A DNA stretch of 63,432 nucleotides, counting the filler, from Octopus bimaculoides (lineage: Eukaryota): the NCBI RefSeq assembly GCF_001194135.2. It is 5 parts of 5 records of this genome, joined end to end, with 100 filler letters (N's around TTAATTAATTAA, not from the genome) between each part and the next. Parts side by side here need not be neighbours in the genome. Positions count along the whole stretch, not along the records: positions 1 to 14,326 come from NC_068984.1; 4 more parts are not named here. One strand, given 5' to 3'. The position numbers were made by a program, and so were the translations under genes. The notes beneath the pieces were generated by a model. It ran no database searches. It saw only the letters and a program-made list of their open reading frames with translations, and had not been told where the DNA came from. Of the stretch, positions 1 through 11,856 are shown in pieces; the stretch's first letter is position 1; every line of letters begins with the position of its first letter.

Positions 1-390
1 CAACACTGCCAGATATTTTGAGCATCTCTGCAGTGATTCCTGATGGGCCGGGGGCTTTCCCGGTCTTCATACTCTTAATTGCTTTATCTACCCTGGTACT
101 ATCAACTCGGATAGCTGGTCCCTCTATTGGGTCGACATACGGCAGGCTCTCTTTCTCCCATTCATTCTCTTTATTAAGCAATCTATCGTAGTGGCATCTC
201 CAGACATCTTTCTTTGCATCCTCATTTAATGCAAGCGTACCATCATCCATGCGAACACATTTCTCTCCTACAACATCACTATTCTCTCTCCTACACTGTC
301 TTGCAACACGAAATACTTCGAGTCTTTGGTCCTCACGGCGCAGAACATTGGCAAATCTTTCCTTATCTGCTTCTTTCCTTATCTGCATAT
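1..390 (-). mobile_element. RTE-clade LINE internal fragment (runs off window start)
   Basis: Highly similar to 10830-11210; minus-strand reading ...[34 protein letters not shown]... Confidence 0.85.
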
Positions 391-554
391 ATATATATAT
401 ATGTATGGACATATATACATGTATATATGTATATATATGTATATCTATATATATGTATATATACATATATATTGTGTGTATATACATATATATTGTGTGT
501 ATATATACATGTATATAGGTGTATATATATACATGTATATATATGTATATATAC

Positions 555-605
<51 letters not shown>

Positions 606-706
606 TATATATATGCATATATATATGTATATATATATATATGCATATATATATGCATATATATATGTATATATATGTATGCATATATATATTTATACAT
701 ATATAT
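385..706. repeat. (TA)n-rich compound microsatellite
   Basis: Direct reading. Confidence 0.97.
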
Positions 707-961
707 ACTTGTTAAAGAGGACAACAAACATTAAGTCAAGGCAAATATCTCAAGTCATATACAATGTTTATTATTGGAAAAATTCAAAGTCTTACAGTTG
801 TTTCTGGGATATCTCTGAGTATGGGATATCTCTGAGTATGGGATATTCCTTCATCAGAGACAAATAAGGAAAAAAATAGGGAAAATGAGAACAGTATATA
901 TTAATGAGATGACAACATAGAGGAAGGAAGTAAAAGAATAATCCATTACAGCACTTACAGC

Positions 962-1240
962 AGTCTGCATACTTGACAGAGTGTAAGTACCTTGAGAGAA
1001 AAGTTGAACCTAAGAAGCATCAGTTGTGGTGTGCAAGAGAGACAATTGCGCTGGTATGGTCATGTGGCGAGAATGGATGAGGATAGCTGTGTGAAAAAGT
1101 GCCACACCCTAGTGGTTGAGGGAATCTGTGGAAGAGGTAGACCCAGGAAGACTTGGGATGAGGTGGTGAAGCACAACCTTCGAACATTAGGCCTCACCGA
1201 GGCAATGACTTGTGACTGAGACCTTTGGAAATATGCTGTG
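962..1240 (+). mobile_element. RTE-clade LINE 3' ORF end
   Basis: ERQLRWYGHVARMDEDSCVKKCHTLVVEGICGRGRPRKTW, the typical RTE C-terminal RRLRW.GH..R / GRPRKTW motifs. Confidence 0.9.
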
Positions 1241-2100
1241 NNNNNNNNNNNNNNNNNNNNNNNNNNNNNNNNNNNNNNNNNNNNNNNNNNNNNNNNNNNN
1301 NNNNNNNNNNNNNNNNNNNNNNNNNNNNNNNNNNNNNNNNNNNNNNNNNNNNNNNNNNNNNNNNNNNNNNNNNNNNNNNNNNNNNNNNNNNNNNNNNNNN
1401 NNNNNNNNNNNNNNNNNNNNNNNNNNNNNNNNNNNNNNNNNNNNNNNNNNNNNNNNNNNNNNNNNNNNNNNNNNNNNNNNNNNNNNNNNNNNNNNNNNNN
1501 NNNNNNNNNNNNNNNNNNNNNNNNNNNNNNNNNNNNNNNNNNNNNNNNNNNNNNNNNNNNNNNNNNNNNNNNNNNNNNNNNNNNNNNNNNNNNNNNNNNN
1601 NNNNNNNNNNNNNNNNNNNNNNNNNNNNNNNNNNNNNNNNNNNNNNNNNNNNNNNNNNNNNNNNNNNNNNNNNNNNNNNNNNNNNNNNNNNNNNNNNNNN
1701 NNNNNNNNNNNNNNNNNNNNNNNNNNNNNNNNNNNNNNNNNNNNNNNNNNNNNNNNNNNNNNNNNNNNNNNNNNNNNNNNNNNNNNNNNNNNNNNNNNNN
1801 NNNNNNNNNNNNNNNNNNNNNNNNNNNNNNNNNNNNNNNNNNNNNNNNNNNNNNNNNNNNNNNNNNNNNNNNNNNNNNNNNNNNNNNNNNNNNNNNNNNN
1901 NNNNNNNNNNNNNNNNNNNNNNNNNNNNNNNNNNNNNNNNNNNNNNNNNNNNNNNNNNNNNNNNNNNNNNNNNNNNNNNNNNNNNNNNNNNNNNNNNNNN
2001 NNNNNNNNNNNNNNNNNNNNNNNNNNNNNNNNNNNNNNNNNNNNNNNNNNNNNNNNNNNNNNNNNNNNNNNNNNNNNNNNNNNNNNNNNNNNNNNNNNNN

Positions 2101-2163
<63 letters not shown>

Positions 2164-2457
2164 AATGTATATGTAACCACATGCTTCTCAGTTTATAAAT
2201 TAAAGCAAAAGAAATTGGTTATCACAATTAAAGAGCATCCCTGAAAATGTGAAAGAAAAGAAGAATGTTTTAAAATTCAGAAAAAAATCTTGAATTACAA
2301 TTAAAAAAAGTAAACATAGCCATAAGTATAGTAAAAATACTCATTATCTCCTATAAACAACAATGACAACAATCATCATCATCAATGCCACTGCCCTCAG
2401 CATCACCACCACTACCACACCACCACCAGCTTCCATGCCTGTGTGAATTGGACTATG

Positions 2458-2475
2458 AGGATGATGATGATGATA

Positions 2476-2515
<40 letters not shown>

Positions 2516-2548
2516 GGATGATGGTGATGATGATATGATGATGATGAT

Positions 2549-2585
<37 letters not shown>

Positions 2586-2610
2586 GGAGGAGGAGGAGGT
2601 GGAGGAGGAT
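2458..2610. repeat. (GAT)n/(GAG)n microsatellite
   Basis: Direct reading. Confidence 0.97.
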
Positions 2611-3679
2611 AAGTAAATAATTAAATAAAAAATAATAATCTTTATTTGTTAGAAGGTACGTTACAGTGATAAATAACAGAAAAAAAAAATTGTGAAAACA
2701 GTGGGGGTTTACACACAGAAACAAGAATGAAAACAACAGCCAAATGTCATCTCTGNNNNNNNNNNNNNNNNNNNNNNNNNNNNNNNNNNNNNNNNNNNNN
2801 NNNNNNNNNNNNNNNNNNNNNNNNNNNNNNNNNNNNNNNNNNNNNNNNNNNNNNNNNNNNNNNNNNNNNNNNNNNNNNNNNNNNNNNNNNNNNNNNNNNN
2901 NNNNNNNNNNNNNNNNNNNNNNNNNNNNNNNNNNNNNNNNNNNNNNNNNNNNNNNNNNNNNNNNNNNNNNNNNNNNNNNNNNNNNNNNNNNNNNNNNNNN
3001 NNNNNNNNNNNNNNNNNNNNNNNNNNNNNNNNNNNNNNNNNNNNNNNNNNNNNNNNNNNNNNNNNNNNNNNNNNNNNNNNNNNNNNNNNNNNNNNNNNNN
3101 NNNNNNNNNNNNNNNNNNNNNNNNNNNNNNNNNNNNNNNNNNNNNNNNNNNNNNNNNNNNNNNNNNNNNNNNNNNNNNNNNNNNNNNNNNNNNNNNNNNN
3201 NNNNNNNNNNNNNNNNNNNNNNNNNNNNNNNNNNNNNNNNNNNNNNNNNNNNNNNNNNNNNNNNNNNNNNNNNNNNNNNNNNNNNNNNNNNNNNNNNNNN
3301 NNNNNNNNNNNNNNNNNNNNNNNNNNNNNNNNNNNNNNNNNNNNNNNNNNNNNNNNNNNNNNNNNNNNNNNNNNNNNNNNNNNNNNNNNNNNNNNNNNNN
3401 NNNNNNNNNNNNNNNNNNNNNNNNNNNNNNNNNNNNNNNNNNNNNNNNNNNNNNNNNNNNNNNNNNNNNNNNNNNNNNNNNNNNNTATGTATATATATTT
3501 ATACATCTTTCTCTTGTTCTCTTTATCTTGCTTTGTCTCTTCTGTCACTGTTCTTTTTTTTTGCCTATTCATGTAGTTATTAAGTTATATAATTATTTTT
3601 ATTTAAATATGTATGTATATAAGAATCTCTGTTTTTCCTCTCTCTATCTCTTTCTCTTTTTCCCTATGTCTCTGTCTTG

Positions 3680-3722
<43 letters not shown>

Positions 3723-3743
3723 TGCGTGCGTGTGTATGTATGA

Positions 3744-4145
3744 ATTTGCTTCTTAACCATGTGGTTTCAGGTTCACTCCCATTGCATAGCACTTAAGTAA
3801 CTGTCTTCTACTAAAGCCTTGAACTGATGAAATCCTTCTGATTGAGTATGGTAGATGGAAACTGAAAGAAGGCTATCATGTATGTGTGTGTGTGTGTGTG
3901 TGTGTTTGTGTACGTGTGTGTGTGTGTGTGTGTGTGTGTCCTTATCTTGAAATTGTATAATGGTGGTAAATGAGCATTGATTATTTTCTGTCTTTCAAGA
4001 TGTGTTTGGTCATGGGAAAATATTATCTTTCTAGGAAACAGCTGAATGTGGGTTACAAGAAGGGCATTTGACTGTTGAAAATCTGCCTTAACAGATTCTA
4101 TCTGATCCATGGAAGCATGGAAAAACGGATGTTGTAACAATGATG
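3744..4145 (+). mobile_element. SINE with family A head and RTE-like tail
   Basis: Head and core as in family A; 3' end ...GAAGGGCAT...CATGGAAAAACGGATGTT..(ATG)n. Confidence 0.65.
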
Positions 4146-4600
4146 AAACATAAACATGCATGTATTATATCATCATCACCATCATCATCATTTTATGTCC
4201 ACTTTTCCATATTTCCATGGGTCAGGTGGAACTTGTTGAGGCAGCTCTTCTATGGCCAGATGCCCTTTCTGTTTCCAATCTTCACCTGTTTCCAATCTTC
4301 ACCTGTTTCCAAGACATGTTTTCACAAAATATTGGACATGAAGGATACCACTTATATGACTAAATGTTTGTTTATAAATATTTTGTGATGTTCAAGAGAA
4401 GGAGACACTAACACACACACAGACACGCACGCACACATGACAGGCTTCTTTCAGTTTCTGTCAACCAAATCCACTCACAAGACTTTGGTCAGTATGAAGC
4501 TATACTAGAAGACAAGGTGGCATGCATTGTGACTGAATACAAAGCCATGCAGATGGGAAACAAACTTAACCATACAACCATATTGAAATATGTCTGTATG

Positions 4601-4686
<86 letters not shown>

Positions 4687-4931
4687 TGCAGGCAGGCTGT
4701 GTGGTTAAAATTTATCACCTTATCTCTATAAATAGTAATTTAATTAGTTATGTTCTCCAGCCAGCAACATATACTGCAGTGAATTATTCTCTGCAGAATT
4801 GTTTCTGGAATTTGGTGCACCAGAGCTGAGGCATTTTGAAAAATAACTCCAATATAATCAGTAGAACTGTATGCAAGTCTTATTTCATGAAGACAATTCG
4901 TGTATAGTTCTGCAAATTATATTGATTCTAG

Positions 4932-4966
4932 AATGATTGTGCTGATGAGAACACAGATGTTGTTAC
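4932..4966 (+). CDS. Candidate penultimate exon of an unidentified gene (NDCADENTDVV-T)
   Basis: ttctag| acceptor, AC|gtaagt consensus donor; splices in frame to 11775. Confidence 0.3.
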
Positions 4967-5176
4967 GTAAGTAAAACGTTAATGTTCGAAACCGGTACAC
5001 AATTAATTCTTTATTCTGCATATTTCTCATTTTGTCTTGTTCTGGTGTTTTGCGAAGTTTTTCCGGAGAACATTATTTTTCTTTGTGGTTGGGTCGTTGA
5101 TGACCTCTTTCTAGCATATTGGATGTCCACCTAGTGGTCATCCCTTATACACATATATATATATATATATATATAT

Positions 5177-8100
5177 TTGCACAACCCTTGTGAAAAGGGC
5201 GCCAAATTAGCTATGGGAACAAAGAGCAAGCAACATCCCCAAAATCTCCCAAGAGTTGGGGAGGATGAGAGACTTAACAGGATGGATTCAATGGTAATGA
5301 CAAGGAATGATTTATAGACACAAAGACTGTCCCAAGCATCATTAAGTGGGGGAGGTATTGGGAGCAAAATATCTCTGTGGAAAGATCTGCAATAATGCAG
5401 AAGGGCTCAAGATACACTGTGCCAGGTCTGACTGGAGAAGAGGAGCCATAGACGCATCACACAGTGGTAGCAACTAGTGAGACACAGGAGAACTGGAAGT
5501 TGCTCAGCACACAGCAGAACTGGAAGTCTGTGTTACCTCAAGTCTTGAGGAGGAACAAGCCATTCAATACCATCTCAGAGGGCCAATCTCACCTAGCAAG
5601 AGATTGAATCTAATGGCCCAAGATGAATGAAATGAAGGAATGGTAACAACTAAACCAAGACCTTGACAAAGTATTAGAATGCACACAAATAGGTACTACT
5701 GAGCAAAAAGTGAATGCCTTTGTAACTATCACATTCAAATTGGTGGAAGATTGCTTTGGAACAGAATACAGGCAAGTTACCATAAAAATCAAAAAGGAGC
5801 ATAGCAGAAGTGAAAGAGAGACACTACATGAGGGGAGAAATCAAGACCCTCAAGAAGCAGTATAAGAGAGCTCCTGCCAAAGAAAGGGAAGGCATCAAAG
5901 ACTTAAGAAGTCAGCTCCAAGAACATCAGAACAGATTTAGAAAGGTGGCAGAAAGCACCCAGATGTCAAGGAAAGAGAGGGAGACCAAATGGGCACAGTT
6001 TATCAAGAACCCATTTAGGTTCACCTAAGTACAATTGGGTGAGACCAAATCATGGAGATTGACCAGCTCCAGGAAAGATATAGAAGCATTTCTAAAGGAG
6101 TAACACAATGACAACCTCAGAAACCAAACCCTCAGTGTCAACCCAAATGTCAGTAGAGTTGAATTACCAGGAAACAAGCTTAACATCAACTGTCCATCCT
6201 GGAAAGAAGCGGAGGAGGTGGTGAAGAAGGCCAGATCAGGATCAGATCCTGGTCCAAGTGGTATACCTTATAAAGTATACAAGAAATGCCTCTTGCTCCT
6301 TTGAAAAATGTGGACAGTGTTCTGAAAGATCAGGATAAAGGGGATCGTTCCATCATCTTGGAAGAAGGCAGATGGATGTTGAAGAAAATTCCTCAGCCAT
6401 TAACCAATCCAGAACTATCTCATTCCTGAGTGTTGAGGGGAAAATATCTTTTCAGTATTAGTTGACAGGCTGACCTCAATAATGACTGAGAATAGATAAT
6501 TAAACACCTCTATCCAGAAAGGTGAGGTTCCAGGTTTCTTGAGATATATGGAACACACTGGACTTTTCAACCAGCTGATCTGGGAGACTAAGTGGAACAA
6601 AGGTGACTTGACAGTAGTATAGATACATCTGGCAAAAGTATATGGATCAAGTTGTCATGCCCTCATATATGCAGCCGTAAACTACTAACATATCCCTTTG
6701 CTTATCAAGGGAATAAGCATCAGCAACTTTGGAGGCATCCAGTTACACTTCAAAACACTTTACAACTCAGCAAGACCTGAAGAAAGGAATCGTAACTGGT
6801 TACACAATTTCCCTCATCCTTTCCATCATTCAAATGAATCTTCTCATAACTGCTACTGACAAAGAAGTCCAATGACCAATAATGGAATCAGGCAACTAAC
6901 AACATTCAATAAGGGGTTTCATAGATGATCTTACAGTGACGACCACAACCTATGTAGAAGCAGAACAGGTGCTGACTTCACTTAAGAACATGGAAAAATG
7001 GGCTACAATGAAGTTTAAACCCAAGAAATTTAGGAGTTTAGTGATTAGGAGAGGCAAATTAACAAACAGACTCAAGCTGCAAGTGCAAGGAGAGGTTATT
7101 CCATAAATAGAAGAAAATCTAATCAAATGCCTTGGAAAGAGCTTTGACAATTCACTTTCTGACTGAAGTAATGTCACTAATACTGAAAAGTTAGCAGAGG
7201 AGTGGCTGAGAAGGACTGAAAAATCAAAGCTTCCAGGAAAATGCATGCACGGCTCTACCAAAACAGACTCCTCTTAAGACTCAAATGGTTACTGACAGTG
7301 TTTGAGGTTCTAGTGACAACAGAAAGAGCGGGAGAAGAAGGTAAACAAATATCTCTGAAAGCAGTTAGATGTCCCTCCAAGCTTCATTTGAATAGGCCTA
7401 TACTTAAGATCTGGACAGTGCCAACTTCCTCTGTTAGCCAAGGTAGAGTAATTCAAGGTTACAAAATGTAGAGTTGTAATGATGTTCAAGGACTTCCAGG
7501 ATGAGTGTGTCAGACATGCAGGTATCACAACAAGGTTGGGGTGAAAGCATGCTAAAGTTACATGACATCATTGGAATTACATGCAGAGGATGGCAGGGTC
7601 TCAGCTCTTCCCATTTCCAACAAGGCAGATATGAAGGAGAGGAGGGCCATGATCCATGCAAAAGTACAGAACCAGGAGGAAGAAAGAAGGTCAAGAGCTG
7701 TGAAGCTGGTATCTCAGGGATCCTAGACTAAATGGGACCTCCCCAAGAAGAAGGTTACATAGACAGACTTGTGGAGACTGGAATCTTTCTCCTTCCTACT
7801 GCAGGTGGTGTATGACAAACTCTCAGTTTCAGTAAACCTGCACAGATGGGGTTTGAAGGGGGACCAACTGTGTAGACTTTGTGGAGAAAGGGGCAGTCTG
7901 GCAAACATCTCAAGGTATAAAATATCTCCTACCCAAGGAAGATATAAGTGGTGCCATGACAAGGTGCTTGCAACACTTACTCACAACTTGGAACAAGAAA
8001 GGCTCAAGAAAGACCATCATCAGAGGAAAACAACAGCAGTAATCAAGTTCATCAAAGGAGAAAAGTTAGTGAGGACAGCAAAAAGGACAAATAGCCTACT

Positions 8101-8590
8101 ATATAGGTTCCAATCATGGGATATGGAAGTGGACCTACAGGAAAGACTAGTTCCCCCAGGTTATCCCTACAACCCTGAGGCCAAATGTAGTGTGTGGTCT
8201 GAACAGGCAAGGAAAATAATCTTGATTGAGCTTACAGTCCCATGGGAAGAAGGGTGTGATCAGGGTTATGAATTGAAGTGCACCAAATATGAAAGTCTTC
8301 TGCATTATTGCAAGGAGAAGGGATGGCAATCATGGCTTTTCCTAGTTGAAGCTGGCTGCAGGGAATTCTCTGTCCAGTTGGTATGGAGAATGTTTAAAGT
8401 TGCTGGAATGAGAGGAAAGCCGGAAATGGTGGCTGTGAGCAAAAGATGGGAGAGTCAGAAGAAAGAGCTTGGAAGCTAGGAACAGTGATTTGGCCAAATC
8501 TGCTGACCCACCAATGGGAGGGTGTTACGGTTCAGAGTCAAAACATCTGATGGTCATTGAATACTATTTGATGACATCAGTTCCACCTGG
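5177..8590 (+). mobile_element. Near-full-length decayed HERO-type (R2 group, RLE-bearing) non-LTR retrotransposon
   Basis: N-terminal CGKICNNAEGLKIH zinc finger (~5375), RT RGFIDDLTVTT (~6912), CRLCGERGSL knuckle, VWSEQARKIILIELTVPWEE restriction-like endonuclease; many stops and frameshifts. Confidence 0.85.
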
Positions 8591-8737
8591 CCAAAGCTCC
8601 ACTCACTTTAGTGAATGGAAAAGAAGTACCTTCTTCTTGTGTTATCAATATATGTATATATGTATGTATGTATATATATGTATGTGTATATATANNNNNN
8701 NNNNNNNNNNNNNNNNNNNNNNNNNNNNNNNNNNNNN

Positions 8738-8784
<47 letters not shown>

Positions 8785-8791
8785 CATATAT

Positions 8792-8868
<77 letters not shown>

Positions 8869-10145
8869 CATATGTATGTAAGTGTGCGTGTGTGTATGTA
8901 TGTATGTATGTATTTATGCATGTATGTATGTATGTGTATACATATTGAAAATTTCATTGCTTGATAAGGAAATCAGCAATTCATAAAAATTCAAAAAGGT
9001 CAATTGCAAATAAAGCGTCTACAAGATTTATTTAATCTTTTCTTACAAAATGCAAATTGTTTTGGCTAATAAATGCTCTGTTCAGAGAAATGTGAAATGG
9101 ATTTATGCAACTAGTATGTATATGCTTTAGAATGACAACAAATAAATGCAATCAAGTATACAAAAGTTAAAGTAGAAACCCTCCTGGCATAAAACAAACA
9201 TTAATGAAAGAATGGTTAGAAGAGGATAAAAGACTACTATGAAAATGTTGTAAGAAGGAAAATAAGGAGTGGAGTTAATAGGATATAAAAAAAATCAATA
9301 AATTCATTTGTAATAAGGAAAGCTAAATGAGAAACATCATTGCAAACACTGTAAAATTTGAATTTAGGATCTTTTTAGTTAAAAGAAGAGAGATTACCAT
9401 TAATGTATTTGTAAAAGACGGATAAAGATGGGGAAAATAGTGTGTGTGTGCATGCACATGTGTGTGTGTGTGTGTATGTGTGTGTGTGCGTGTGTTCAGC
9501 TATGCATACATGGAACCAATTCCACACAAATAAATATTTAAAAAAAAAAGAATATTAGTAAATGTAGAGGGAAATAGGTATACTAACACATACGAGCATT
9601 TTTATGTACTCAACTACATAATCAAACCATAGATGATGATGATGTATATATATATATATATATATATNNNNNNNNNNNNNNNNNNNNNNNNNNNNNNNNN
9701 NNNNNNNNNNNNNNNNNNNNNNNNNNNNNNNNNNNNNNNNNNNNNNNNNNNNNNNNNNNNNNNNNNNNNNNNNNNNNNNNNNNNNNNNNNNNNNNNNNNN
9801 NNNNNNNNNNNNNNNNNNNNNNNNNNNNNNNNNNNNNNNNNNNNNNNNNNNNNNNNNNNNNNNNNNNNNNNNNNNNNNNNNNNNNNNNNNNNNNNNNNNN
9901 NNNNNNNNNNNNNNNNNNNNNNNNNNNNNNNNNNNNNNNNNNNNNNNNNNNNNNNNNNNNNNNNNNNNNNNNNNNNNNNNNNNNNNNNNNNNNNNNNNNN
10001 NNNNNNNNNNNNNNNNNNNNNNNNNNNNNNNNNNNNNNNNNNNNNNNNNNNNNNNNNNNNNNNNNNNNNNNNNNNNNNNNNNNNNNNNNNNNNNNTGTTA
10101 ATTTGCTTCAGCTTTATATTACATTATATTACATTAATCCTATTT

Positions 10146-10191
10146 CGGCCAGAGTTCTTTCGTCACACTTCTGTGACCTCATCAGTGGTCC
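10146..10191 (-). ncRNA. Minimal type I hammerhead-like motif (slightly degenerate)
   Basis: Minus strand: GGACCA-CTGATGA-G-GTCAC-agaagt-GTGAC-GAAA-G-aa-C-TC-TGGCC. Confidence 0.55.
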
Positions 10192-10597
10192 TTTGCTTTC
10201 TTCTTTCTTATGTGAGTCTCACCTTGCTAACTATCAGCCATTTTGTATTTTGTATTCCTATTGTATGTGTCTACGCATGCGTATCCTTCCATGTGTCTAT
10301 GTTTTTGTAAGTGCATGTGTGTGTATGGGGAGTGCCTGTATTATCTATATCCTCTGTTAATACATGTTCAAAAACAAACGAACATGTATTAGATTTTTTG
10401 TAAGAAAGCTAGCGAATGTGTACGACAACAAAGACAAAAAATGGAGAACATGGTACACAATTACAAATACAGACAACAAGAATATAACAACAGGTGTCTC
10501 TTGAATGAGGATGAATAAAATTGAGCTGGCATGTATAAAGTGAAAGCATTAAGACAGGAATATAGGAGATGAACATAAGAGGTGTTGGTGGTCAGCA

Positions 10598-11535
10598 GTC
10601 AGGCCAAGAACTGCATCCCATCAAAACTGACTCTCTCCCTAATTAGTTGGGCTATGACCCTCTCCGTGACCTTCATTACCTGATCCAACAACTTGATACC
10701 TCTGTAATTATTTGTATCTAAAACATCACCTTTACCTTTGTAGCAGTTGACTATGGTGCTGCTACACCAGTCATTGGGTATGACTCCTTCGTGTATCACC
10801 TGGTTAACAATACGGGTGACTAGGCTATAGCTGACACTGCCAGATATTTTGAGCATCTCTGCAGTGATTCTTAATGGGCCGGGGGGCTTTCCCTGTCTTC
10901 ATACTCTTAATTGCCTTATCTACCAAGGTACTGTCAACTCTGATAGCTGGTCCCTCTGTTGAGTTGACATTCGGCAGACTCTCTTTCTCCCATTCATTTT
11001 CTTTATTGAGCAACCTTTCATAGTGGTGTCTCCAAACCTCTCTCTTTGCAGCATCGTTTGGTGCAAGTGAACCATCATCCATGCGAACACATTTCTCTCC
11101 TATGACATCACGATTCTCTCTCACACACTGTCTTGCAACACGAAATACCTCAAGTATTTGGTCCTCACAGTGCAGAACATTGGCAAATTTTTTCTTATCT
11201 GCTTCCCCTCTGGCTAAATAAACCTGTCTCCTAGCTTCCCTTCTGGCAGTCTGATACAATTCCCTGCTACCGCCGTTCTTCCAGTCCTTCCAAGCCTGTT
11301 TCTTTTGTCTAATAGCCCTGTCAACAACATTGTTCGCTCACCACGTTATTTTGGGTCGAGAGGAGACTTTGCACCATCCACAGATCTGGTTAGTGGCCCT
11401 CAGCAGGTTGTTCTATAGAAACCTCCAGTTGTCTTCTACATCGTGTGAAGCTTCTATTTCGTCAAAGGCTTCGAGTAATATGTCTCTAAATATCTGTCCA
11501 TCCGCAGGATCTTTAAGCTCTTGTCTTGAGGTTAC
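10598..11535 (-). mobile_element. RTE-clade LINE internal fragment (linker and RT N-terminus)
   Basis: IPNDWCSSTIVNCYKGKGDVLDTNNYRGIKLLDQVMKVTERVIAQLIRE; ORF pieces 10599-10856 and 10825-11259. Confidence 0.92.
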
Positions 11536-11774
11536 TTGGTAACCTCACTAATGGCATACCATGAAAAAGTACCCAGAACACTTTGTAAAGTGGTTGGCAT
11601 TAGGAAGGGCATCTAGCTGTGGAAACTATGCTGAAGGAGACATTAGACATCAGAGCTTGGCATGGTTTTCTGGCTTTTTGTTTCCTTTCAAACTGTCCAG
11701 CACATACCAACATGGAAAATTATAATGATAGTGATGAGGAGGAGAATGGTGTTAGCTGTAATATTTTGTCTCAG

Positions 11775-11856
11775 GGAAACTTCTCTTAAGCTCACTCAAA
11801 ATGTCATTGGTGGACCATCAGATACAAATATTTTGGCCTGCTTTGGTCTCCTGTGA
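11775..11856 (+). CDS. Candidate terminal coding exon of an unidentified gene (ETSLKLTQNVIGGPSDTNILACFGLL*)
   Basis: ttttgtctcag| acceptor; stop at 11854-11856; followed by about 1.4 kb of AT-rich repeat-free UTR-like sequence with AATAAA at 12668 and 12768. Confidence 0.35.

Noticed and set aside
214-867. Long ORFs of YI/HT/VC/LS/poly-K/E/R type throughout the track (e.g. 214-867, 39774-40736, 55028-55859)
   Set aside because: Translations of microsatellites or N gaps; no coding signal.
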